Shown here: one piece after another, positions 46,874 through 55,177 of the stretch
How the letters are laid out: the number at the start of each line of letters is the position of its first letter
Numbering within the stretch: position 1 is the stretch's first letter
Origin: Bacteroidota bacterium
Lineage (GTDB): Bacteria > Bacteroidota > Ignavibacteria > UBA10030 > SZUA-254
DNA length: 64,000 bases
NCBI GenBank assembly: GCA_049515655.1
Contig: JBEKTW010000012.1
Coordinates: 8,904 to 72,903, forward strand
Direction: 5' to 3'
Notes under the pieces: model-generated
Told to the model about the DNA's origin: nothing
What the model saw: only the letters and a program-made list of their open reading frames with translations
The model's database searches: none
Made by a program: the position numbers and the translations under genes

Positions 46874-49372
46874 TCATCCTTCTTGTAAAAGTGAGAGTTC
46901 ACGCCTGGACCTGTCCCGCATGGAGATTGCACCGGAGAAGCATTTCTGGGCACATAATGAGCAGCCGACGCATCGGGCAGGATCGAACTGCGGAATCCTA
47001 TTCTTATCCAGTTCGATGGCCTCGTATGCGCACCGCGTGCAATTGCCGCAGTGCTGACACAATTCGTGCACAACCGTCGGGATCTTCTTTGTCGCAGTAA
47101 GCTCACCGAATCCTGTGATGGGATCGGGCAGCGCAGAACCGATCAGCGCTTCCACGGACCGGATTCCGCGTTCTTCCATCAGATAGCTCAGTCCGGAGTG
47201 CAGTTCGTCGACGATGCCGTAGCCGTACTTCATGGCGATCGTGCAGAACTGAACTGTCCGAACGCCGAGCGCGAGAAAATTAGCTGCCGACTTGTAGTCC
47301 ATTGGCCCACCGTTGCCGGAGACCGTGATCCCCATGCCCGAGACCTTGGCCAGCGTCAGATTGCTGATCGGCAGAACACCTTCACCCGACATACCAACGA
47401 CAACTCCTTCGTCCCACGTTCGCTTCTTCCCACGGCGGAATGCAAGCGATGGAAAACTGTTCGCCAGCGTGACACCCGCCTTCTTGCGTGGATACCGGGA
47501 AAAAACCTCCTTGATAGCGCTCACAATCGGATAAATGGCGGTGACGGCCGCCGTCAGTTTGAAGAGCTTCGGGACATCGGCGCTTCCGGCCTGCATCACC
47601 CAGTCGACGATCTTGGCAGTCAGTTCTGCGTCCTGGGAGACGATGTCGCCCTTGGTGCCGTCTCCGCCCTGCGGGCATGAAAGACTGTATTCGATCCCCA
47701 TGACACCGGCGGATTCAAGTTTCCGGGTGTTCGACTGCCATGCTGCGCTATCCTTCTCGTCATCACCTGTTACCGGCCCGCCGGTCGAGGCGGCAGTCAA
47801 CCGGTCGGGGAACTCACGTCGCAGACGTTCGACTTCACGCCGAACGCGGTCGAGCGCATGGCCCGATACATTGTCGCAATTCGCATATGTCGACCTTGAG
47901 AATGCAAACATATACTCGGACGGAATGTGAATCGGAACATTATCGAAAGCGGTCTTCATGATACCACCAGCCCAGCCCGACTCGTACGCTCTTTTCATTT
48001 GATTGTACCCGTCAGTGGGCGGGCCCGCAGAAAGCAGAAAAGGAGAAAGAATTTTACGACCGAAGAAATCAGCTGTCAGCGGAACCGGAATCATCAACCG
48101 ACCCGGCATGACGGTGCGGTTCTTGGTTGCCTTTTCAATCCGTTTGGCGGAGTGGCCGGACACGAAAGCGTCGAGTTCCAGAGCGGCGTTCTTGCCGGCA
48201 GCTACTGCTTCGACGACCGTCGTCGGACCGTTGACCATGTCGCCCGCATAAAAAACGCCTTTCGTATGCGACATCTGAAGGGAAGACCGTGCACCGGCGG
48301 CAATAATCACGAAGTCGACATCCGGGCGCGTTTGCTCGGTTCCTTTGAGATCGACGACGTTGCTCGGATGGAATTTCTTTCCCTTCGGCAGGGTAACCTT
48401 CTGCGTCCGCAAACCGGTGATGCGCCTTCCGCTCCTCAGGATTTCCAGCACCCTCACTCGTCCGCTGACCGCAATACCCGTTTCTGCAATTGCATGACGC
48501 TCCTTGGCCGTGAGGGGCATCTCAGACCATGTCTCGAGCGCAAACATCTCCACGAATGTTGCACCTCGTGCAAGCGCCTCCTCAGCGCAGTCGAGCGCCA
48601 CTGCTCCGCCTCCGATGACTGCCACGCGCTTTCCCTTCACCGTGAATCGGGACGGGTCGCGGAGATAGTCCATCCATTCGACGGCCACGCTGCTGTTCTC
48701 CATCTTCGGAGTAAAGGACTCATCGAGGCCCGTCGCTACCAGAATGGCATCGTATCCGTTTCTTGATGCAGGAGACCATTTGCCCTTCTTGAACGTAATA
48801 TCACCAAGCAACTTCAGGAAATCGATATCGGTTTTGAGAACTTCCGGCGACAATCTAGATTCCGGGATGAGACGACACATGCCGCCGGGCTGCTTTGTCG
48901 TGTCCATAACGTCGACAGCGTACCCCTTCTGTGCGAGCAATGACGCAGCGCCGAGACCCGCCGGACCGGCGCCGTAGACTCCGACCTTGTTTCCATTTGA
49001 ATCCGCCTTTTCAAACTCAGGCATGACGCCAAGCTGTTTTGCTTTTTCAATGATTGTTGCCTGGACGGCCGGAATATTCACCGCGGAGTCGAACGTCCGG
49101 TGAACGCAGGCCTTCATGCAATGCCGGTCGGGACAAACTGCGCCGCAAACACCGCCGAGAGGATTACTTCCCATGATGAGCGCGGCGGAGCGTTTGAAAT
49201 CGGAATGACTGCCTGCCTTCACGGCCATAATAAAGTCCGCGGGCGAACAATCGACAGGGCATGCCTCCTTGCACGGCTTCTCTTCGCAATACTCGCATTT
49301 CTCGACCTCGGCGCGGAGTTGAGCGTCAGTGAGAAATCCTGTAACGCAATTCGTTTTTTTTACCTTGGTCAT
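46874..49372 (-). CDS. YgfK-like Fe-S flavoprotein (dihydropyrimidine-dehydrogenase-like fusion: GltD-like FAD/NAD domain, DHOD-like TIM barrel, 2x[4Fe-4S])
   Basis: N-terminal Cys clusters. Dinucleotide fold VGVYGAGPAGLGAASLLAQKGYAVDVMD. C-terminal ferredoxin pair CQHCGNCTRCAYEAI...CVGCSLCAQKC. ATG at 49372; the track's 49411 is a TTG. Confidence 0.8.
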   Translation of the reverse strand: MTKVKKTNCVTGFLTDAQLRAEVEKCEYCEEKPCKEACPVDCSPADFIMAVKAGSHSDFKRSAALIMGSNPLGGVCGAVCPDRHCMKACVHRTFDSAVNIPAVQATIIEKAKQLGVMPEFEKADSNGNKVGVYGAGPAGLGAASLLAQKGYAVDVMDTTKQPGGMCRLIPESRLSPEVLKTDIDFLKLLGDITFKKGKWSPASRNGYDAILVATGLDESFTPKMENSSVAVEWMDYLRDPSRFTVKGKRVAVIGGGAVALDCAEEALARGATFVEMFALETWSEMPLTAKERHAIAETGIAVSGRVRVLEILRSGRRITGLRTQKVTLPKGKKFHPSNVVDLKGTEQTRPDVDFVIIAAGARSSLQMSHTKGVFYAGDMVNGPTTVVEAVAAGKNAALELDAFVSGHSAKRIEKATKNRTVMPGRLMIPVPLTADFFGRKILSPFLLSAGPPTDGYNQMKRAYESGWAGGIMKTAFDNVPIHIPSEYMFAFSRSTYANCDNVSGHALDRVRREVERLRREFPDRLTAASTGGPVTGDDEKDSAAWQSNTRKLESAGVMGIEYSLSCPQGGDGTKGDIVSQDAELTAKIVDWVMQAGSADVPKLFKLTAAVTAIYPIVSAIKEVFSRYPRKKAGVTLANSFPSLAFRRGKKRTWDEGVVVGMSGEGVLPISNLTLAKVSGMGITVSGNGGPMDYKSAANFLALGVRTVQFCTIAMKYGYGIVDELHSGLSYLMEERGIRSVEALIGSALPDPITGFGELTATKKIPTVVHELCQHCGNCTRCAYEAIELDKNRIPQFDPARCVGCSLCAQKCFSGAISMRDRSRRELSLLQEG

Positions 49373-49608
49373 CTGATCACCCTCTTTCTTTTGATCACGT
49401 GGAGTCTTCAATTACTCGACCTGAATTTCGATCTGCCGCTGGGAGTCATCGAGAGTTTGAATGGCTCTTGCGATCTGATCGTGTCCTGTCCAACGGCACA
49501 GATTACTGCTAATTGCGGTGTGCATATCGTTTCCCGTGTTTGTGAAGTGCGAGCGTAAGCGAACATTTGGGCGAGGGGATCAAACCACAAACACCGTGTT
49601 AGGCGAGG

Positions 49609-50010
49609 TCATTTGCTCTGCTCAATGTCATCTAAAAAATCCAAAAGATGATCCCGCACAACAACAAATGAAGGACCCCCTCCAAATTCAACCCCTATCG
49701 CCGCTGCCTCCAACACCTCATCCCTTGTAGCCCCAGCCAAAATCGCATTGTTTGCATGGTTGGCAAGGCAAGGGATACATCTTGTAGCTACCGCAGCCGT
49801 GACGGCCATTAGCTCTTTTTGTTTTCTATCTAAAGCACCATGCTTGTAGTAGTGTTTTACCAATTCATTGAAACCATTGTAAAGGTTGGGTGCCTCCTTT
49901 TCCAAACGCTCTCTGTTGGCTTTTCTCTTTTTCAAAATATCTTTCACATTATGCATGGATTTACCTTCTATTTTATCATTCTGGGCCATTACTGCCTTAC
50001 ACTTTACCAT
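49609..50010 (-). CDS. carboxymuconolactone-decarboxylase/AhpD-like family protein (AT-rich insertion)
   Basis: AhpD-like core with CxxC-type motif (AAVATRCIPCLANHAN). About 43% GC versus about 58% for neighbours. Confidence 0.7.
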   Translation of the reverse strand: MVKCKAVMAQNDKIEGKSMHNVKDILKKRKANRERLEKEAPNLYNGFNELVKHYYKHGALDRKQKELMAVTAAVATRCIPCLANHANNAILAGATRDEVLEAAAIGVEFGGGPSFVVVRDHLLDFLDDIEQSK

Positions 50011-51202
50011 TCAATGTCGCGACGAACGCTGCGTAAAACGCGGCTGCTCGGCTGAGCTGCTCGATTTGACACGCTTCGTTCGGGGCGTGCGCATACAGTT
50101 CATTCCCCGGACCGAGCAGGAAACACGGGATACCGTGCATTCCGGCAATCGCAGTTGCGTTGCTGCTAAACGTCCACATGTCGACGTGAGGATCTTTACC
50201 GAACACTCCAGCGTACACTTCGACGGCGCTCTTGAGAAACGGAGAGTTTGCGTCCAGCGACCACGTCGGATAGTATTTTTCGGTTGGATACACCTTCCCG
50301 GTATATGCAGCGTCCTCGAAAATGAGCACGCTAACCTTCGCATCCTCGTAACCTGCGCGTCTGGCTGCTTCGTACACTTCAGCCACGGTGGTTTCTTTCG
50401 ATTCGTCCTGGGTCAACCGCCGGTCGAGACGGATGCTCGCGCCGTCCGGCACGGCGCAGATTGATGGAGACATGGAGCCGGCTTCAGTGACTGTGATCGA
50501 CCCCTTTCCCAAGAACGGATCGCTCCGCAGCCGCTCATTAAGCCTTTCGATTTCCAGCGCAATGCGCGCGATTTTATAGATGGCATTATCGCCGCGCTCG
50601 GGCGCGGAGCTGTGGCAGCTTCGTCCTTTCACTTCAACGCGCATCTCCATCCGGCCGCGATGACCGCGGTAGATGTTCATGTTCGTCGGCTCCGTAATCA
50701 CCACGAGCTCGGGCCGAAGGTGATCTTCCCTGATGAGGTGCTGCCAGCAGAGTCCATCGCAATCTTCTTCCATCACCGTGCCGGTGAAGTAAAGAGTGAA
50801 CGCGTCATTCAGATTCAGTTCTTTGATGAGCCTGGCCGCGGACAGCATCGCCGCCAGCCCGCCTTTCTGGTCGACAGTTCCGCGTCCCCACACCTTGCCG
50901 TCTGCCACCTTCGGGTCGAATGGGTCGAAGCTCCACTGCCCCCGGTCGCCTGCCTTCACGGTATCAACGTGTCCATCGAAGGCAATAGTTCTTGTTCCAC
51001 TGCCGATGCGTCCGATGATGCTCCCGAGTCCGTCAATCCTGATTTCGTCAAAGCCCACCTTTTCCATCTCTCGTCGGACAACCTGGACCGCCTCTTTCTC
51101 TTTCGACGAGAAGGATGGTGTACGAACGAGATCCATCAGAATCCGGACGGTGTCGTTTTCGATTTCCTTCGCTCGATCGTAAATGGCCTGGTATAAATTC
51201 AT
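49997..51202 (-). CDS. M20-family metallopeptidase/amidohydrolase (YgeY-like)
   Basis: M20 motifs (AFDGHVDTV; GRGTVDQKGG; TGTVMEEDC). Start at ATG 51202 (MNLYQAIYDRAKE); the track extension was rejected. Confidence 0.85.
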   Translation of the reverse strand: MNLYQAIYDRAKEIENDTVRILMDLVRTPSFSSKEKEAVQVVRREMEKVGFDEIRIDGLGSIIGRIGSGTRTIAFDGHVDTVKAGDRGQWSFDPFDPKVADGKVWGRGTVDQKGGLAAMLSAARLIKELNLNDAFTLYFTGTVMEEDCDGLCWQHLIREDHLRPELVVITEPTNMNIYRGHRGRMEMRVEVKGRSCHSSAPERGDNAIYKIARIALEIERLNERLRSDPFLGKGSITVTEAGSMSPSICAVPDGASIRLDRRLTQDESKETTVAEVYEAARRAGYEDAKVSVLIFEDAAYTGKVYPTEKYYPTWSLDANSPFLKSAVEVYAGVFGKDPHVDMWTFSSNATAIAGMHGIPCFLLGPGNELYAHAPNEACQIEQLSRAAAFYAAFVATLNGKV

Positions 51203-51225
51203 TCTTCCCGGGTTACTCTTCCCTC

Positions 51226-51687
51226 TCACTTTGCCGCATCCTTGATCGCTTCGACAATCTGAACGTAACCGGTGCACCGGCAGAGATTGCCCGAGATAGC
51301 GATTCGAATGTCCTCTTCGGAAGGATGGCCGTTCTTATCCAGCAATGCTTTCGCACTCATTAACATTCCCGGTGTACAGAAGCCGCAATGTGCTGCATCG
51401 TGGTCCATGAAAGATTCTTGAAGCGGGTCGAGTCTACCGTCCGAGATCAAACCCTCCACCGTCAGGATTTTTTTGCCGTCAATCTGAGGCGCGAGCACAA
51501 GACACGAATTCACGGCTGCTCCGTCGAGCAGAACCGTGCAGGCGCCGCATTCCCCCACTTCGCAACCGCATTTCGTTCCGGTAAATCCGAGTTCATCCCG
51601 CAGAATCTCAAGCAGCGTTCTGTCGGGGAAAATCGAGAGCACATATTCCCGACCGTTGATGGTTGTATGGATTGGGACTTGGGGCAT
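51226..51687 (-). CDS. molybdenum hydroxylase [2Fe-2S] small subunit (XdhC/CoxS-like)
   Basis: Plant-type ferredoxin motif CGCEVGECGACTV. Second cluster motif CGFCTPGMLMS...NLCRCTGY. Confidence 0.9.
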   Translation of the reverse strand: MPQVPIHTTINGREYVLSIFPDRTLLEILRDELGFTGTKCGCEVGECGACTVLLDGAAVNSCLVLAPQIDGKKILTVEGLISDGRLDPLQESFMDHDAAHCGFCTPGMLMSAKALLDKNGHPSEEDIRIAISGNLCRCTGYVQIVEAIKDAAK

Positions 51688-51887
51688 CAACTTGAAGAAT
51701 TGGAATGATTGGAATGATTCCAGAGATTATTCCTTCCCTTTTCAAATTTGCGAAGGTATTTCATATTGTACTCAAATCCTTCGGCGATATTGCTGGAAAT
51801 CGACATCGCCGTGTATATGTCGACCGCAACCTGCATCGCTTTCCGCCAAACTTCTAAGTCTTCAATCTTTCCAATCTTCCTAATCAC
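51687..51887 (-). pseudogene. decayed four-helix-bundle (IVS-protein family) gene remnant, copy 3, exactly filling the FAD-subunit / 2Fe-2S gap
   Basis: 66 aa: KIEDLEVWRKAMQVAVDIYT...SISSNIAEGFEY retains the family N-terminus and the SNIAEG motif but has lost the middle and the C-terminal helices. Flanked by inverted repeats gaagaattggaatgattggaatga (51693-51716) and tcaatctttccaatcttcc (51856-51880). Confidence 0.45.
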
Positions 51888-52741
51888 AATCTACACCCCT
51901 CCAGCGCCCGCCTGACCAAAACACCAATGACCGGTTCTTTGTATTCGGTTGACCAGCGTCTGCCGGTTTCCGAAATCATCAACTCCGAGACCTTCTGCCC
52001 CGCGGCTGCGAACAGTTTTTCCGAAGGTTTTTCCCCTATCAGCATTTTTTCCGCCTCATCGGCTCTTCTCCACTTCGAAAATGCAGCTCCGGGAGCAATA
52101 CGGGCGTCGACGATTTTCCCCTGTTCATTCTGTTCAATCACGGCGGCCACGCTCAATCGCGCGATGGAGAGCGCGTTCCGACGACCGAGCTTAATGAAGG
52201 CACTCCGGGCTTTTTCAGAAAGTTTCTGGAATCGGATTTCCGTCAGGAGTTCGTCTGGCCGGGCGTTTGTTACATACGGCCTCACAATCAATTCATCAAT
52301 TCCCATTTGCCGGCTCCCGCGCTTCGATTTCAGCGTGACACGGGCGCCAAGGGCAATAAGCGGGGGTACGGTATCGGCACAGACGGCGGCGTTCATGATG
52401 TTGCCGCCGATCGTGCCGCGATTTCTGATCTGCGGGGAACCGATGAGGGAAGCGGCAGCTGCAAGTAATGGCGCGTACTGATGGAGGATGGAGGATTGGA
52501 GCAACAGCGTGTGTGTCGCGAGGGGTTTGATGCGGACAGACCCGTTCTCCAGATTGATCGTGCCAAACTCATCAAGGAATGAGATATCAATGACCGCTTT
52601 CGGCGGCTTGCCATCGGGCCGACGGAGCTCCAGGAGCACGTCCGTGCCGCCGGCAAGGATACGCGCATCAGGACCATATTCAGCGAGCACTGAACACGTT
52701 TCGTCGATTGAACCGGTCCGTATGTAATCGAATGCCCTCAT
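51884..52741 (-). CDS. molybdenum hydroxylase FAD-binding subunit (XdhB/CoxM/YgfM-like)
   Basis: ILAGGTDVLLELR FAD-binding signature and a CO-dehydrogenase-flavoprotein-like fold. ATGA overlap with the Mo subunit. Confidence 0.85.
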   Translation of the reverse strand: MRAFDYIRTGSIDETCSVLAEYGPDARILAGGTDVLLELRRPDGKPPKAVIDISFLDEFGTINLENGSVRIKPLATHTLLLQSSILHQYAPLLAAAASLIGSPQIRNRGTIGGNIMNAAVCADTVPPLIALGARVTLKSKRGSRQMGIDELIVRPYVTNARPDELLTEIRFQKLSEKARSAFIKLGRRNALSIARLSVAAVIEQNEQGKIVDARIAPGAAFSKWRRADEAEKMLIGEKPSEKLFAAAGQKVSELMISETGRRWSTEYKEPVIGVLVRRALEGCRL

Positions 52742-55143
52742 CTTTTCTTTGAGCTTCGTTTCCTACCCGGTGGCTTCTTTCTTGGCCGCAACGGACGCTG
52801 AGGTTTCTGTCTTGTTTTACTGCTGTCAAGATTGAACTCGTCCTTCTTCACCGACCCGCGTTCACCCTTCCTCGTGAGCTTATGACCGAGGAGGACTCTC
52901 TCAAGGTTCGCGGGTAACTCGTCTATCCGTTTGCCCGTTGCGTTGTAGATTGCATTGACGATCGCCGGCGCGGCAAGTTCGTTCGCCGGTTCACCGATCG
53001 ATTTCGCGCCAAACGGTCCCGCCGCATCCTCATTCTCTATGACGATCGGCGTTATCTTTGGAACGTCCATCGACGTAGGAATCAGGTACTCATCGAAGTT
53101 CAGTTGCTTGGGAATTCCACCTTCAATCTCGAATTCTTCCAGCAGTCCGTAACCGAGTCCCATGGCAACCCCGCCGTAGAACTGGCCGAGCACTGTCGAC
53201 CGATTGATCGCTTTGCCGACGTCATGAGCGGAAACAACATTGAGAACATCCACTTTACCAGTCTCCGTATCGACCTCGACTTCCGCAACGTTTGTCCCGT
53301 AGACGAAGGTGAAGTACGCTTCCCCGTGTCCGTCTTCTTCATGCCAGGTTGTTCGCGGCGACTTGTACCATCCGAAGCCGTACATCGGCTTGCCCTGGTT
53401 GAAACATGCAGCGGCAAGCTCGGAAAATGATGCGAGTCTCTGCGAGCTCTTTTTGTCGATGAGATAATTCCCGGCGAGGTCCAGATCCTGCGCATTGCGG
53501 CCGGTCATTTCCGCCCCGGCGCTTAGAAGAGTCGCGCGGACTATCTCCGCCGCATGCTTTGCTGCCGAACCGCCCATGATGGTTCCGCGGGATGCCACTG
53601 TCGGACCGGAATCCGGAACCCTGCTTGTGTTCGTGTTGAGGAACAGAATACGCTCCATCGAAATGCCGAGAACCTCAGCCGCGATCTGCGACATTTGCGT
53701 TTGCGCGCCCTGTCCCATGTCCGTTATGCCGGAAGAAACAATGACACTGCCGTCGGTCTGCACGGATACGATTGTCCCGGCGGCATCCGCTCCTTCCGCT
53801 CCGAGTGAAACACCGCGGTAGCTGCAGGCAAGACCGATTCCCCTGCGTTTCGGGGCTCTTGGAGCAGTCCGGTACTCCTTCCACTTCTTCAGGAAATCCG
53901 ACGCCTCCGCCGCTTTGGTCAGAGCTTCCTTAAGACTCACAATATGGTCCAGCTTTTGACCCGTGGCCGTCACGGCCCCGCGCTCAAATCCATTCTGAAG
54001 ACGGATCTCGAGCGGATTCTTGCCGACCCGCTCCCCGAGTTCATCCATCATCGATTCAATCGCGAAGTTCACCTGCGGTGAGCCGAAGCCGCGCATGGCG
54101 CCGGTGTAATTGTTGTTCGTGTAGACCGCGTACACATCGGTCTTGACATTCTCGCAGTAGTACGGCCCGGTTGCCTGAACAACGGACCGCCACGTCACGA
54201 ACGGACTCATGGAGGCGTACGCACCGCCGTCAGCGATGACGCGGGCTTCCATCGCCGTGATCGAGCCGCCGTTCTTCGCTCCCCACTTGTAGTACATCGT
54301 GTAGGGGTGGCGTTTATAACTTTCAAGCATCGACTCTTCACGGGAATTTACCATTTTCACCGGCTTCCCGGTCTTCAGGCACAGCAACGCCGCCCGGCAG
54401 CACATCGACGTCATCACCTCATCCTTGCCGCCGAAGGAGCCGCCGAGAGTCGCCTGGATGATCTGAACTCTATTCAGGTCGAGATTCAACGCGGCGGCGA
54501 CCGACCTCCGGCTCGAGAAGAGATTCTGCACCGAGCCGACAATTCTCACGCCGCCATGCTCGGCGGGTTCGGCCAGAACCGCCTCCGGCTCGATGTAGGA
54601 ATGTTCGACGAATTGTGTCTTGAATTTCTTCTCGATAACGAAATCCGCTTCGGCGAATCCCTTTCCGGTGTCGCCCTTGCGAACCTTGTGATGAACAAAA
54701 GTATTATCTTCCCCGTGGATCCTGGGAGCATCCGCGGTCATCGCAAGCTCCGGGTCGGAAACGACGGGCAGTTCTTCGTATTTCACTTCAATGAGAGTCA
54801 GCGCGCGGGCCGCGATCTTTTCACTTTTCGCCGCAACCAACGCAATGCCGTCGCCTAAATAACGAACTTTCTCCCGGGCGAGTATCGCCTGGTTCTTCAC
54901 GACGATTCCAAACGCTCTTTCGCCCGGAATGTCCTTTGCGGTGAGAATGGCCTCCACGCCCTCGAGCTTCTCGGCCTTCGAAACATCGACAGACAGGATC
55001 TTCGCGTGCGGATGCTTTGCACGAAGGACTTTCCCATACAGTTGGTGCCCGGCATTATAGTCAGCGGCAAATTTTGCTTTGCCGGTGACCTTTCCGAGAG
55101 CGTCCACTCTGCGTTCAGGTTTTCCGATGATCCTGTTTGCCAT
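52738..55143 (-). CDS. molybdopterin-binding large subunit of a xanthine-dehydrogenase-family hydroxylase (XdhA/XdhD-like) with a Lys/Arg-rich C-terminal tail
   Basis: 801 aa. Ald_Xan_dh_C N-terminal region (GKPERRVDALGKVTGKAKFAAD...) and Mo-cofactor domains. The last about 45 aa are ...RKGERGSVKKDEFNLDSSKTRQKPQRPLRPRKKPPGRKRSSKKR. Confidence 0.9.
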   Translation of the reverse strand: MANRIIGKPERRVDALGKVTGKAKFAADYNAGHQLYGKVLRAKHPHAKILSVDVSKAEKLEGVEAILTAKDIPGERAFGIVVKNQAILAREKVRYLGDGIALVAAKSEKIAARALTLIEVKYEELPVVSDPELAMTADAPRIHGEDNTFVHHKVRKGDTGKGFAEADFVIEKKFKTQFVEHSYIEPEAVLAEPAEHGGVRIVGSVQNLFSSRRSVAAALNLDLNRVQIIQATLGGSFGGKDEVMTSMCCRAALLCLKTGKPVKMVNSREESMLESYKRHPYTMYYKWGAKNGGSITAMEARVIADGGAYASMSPFVTWRSVVQATGPYYCENVKTDVYAVYTNNNYTGAMRGFGSPQVNFAIESMMDELGERVGKNPLEIRLQNGFERGAVTATGQKLDHIVSLKEALTKAAEASDFLKKWKEYRTAPRAPKRRGIGLACSYRGVSLGAEGADAAGTIVSVQTDGSVIVSSGITDMGQGAQTQMSQIAAEVLGISMERILFLNTNTSRVPDSGPTVASRGTIMGGSAAKHAAEIVRATLLSAGAEMTGRNAQDLDLAGNYLIDKKSSQRLASFSELAAACFNQGKPMYGFGWYKSPRTTWHEEDGHGEAYFTFVYGTNVAEVEVDTETGKVDVLNVVSAHDVGKAINRSTVLGQFYGGVAMGLGYGLLEEFEIEGGIPKQLNFDEYLIPTSMDVPKITPIVIENEDAAGPFGAKSIGEPANELAAPAIVNAIYNATGKRIDELPANLERVLLGHKLTRKGERGSVKKDEFNLDSSKTRQKPQRPLRPRKKPPGRKRSSKKR

Positions 55144-55177
55144 ACTTGTTATTCATTGATTTGCCGGGCGTCATGAA

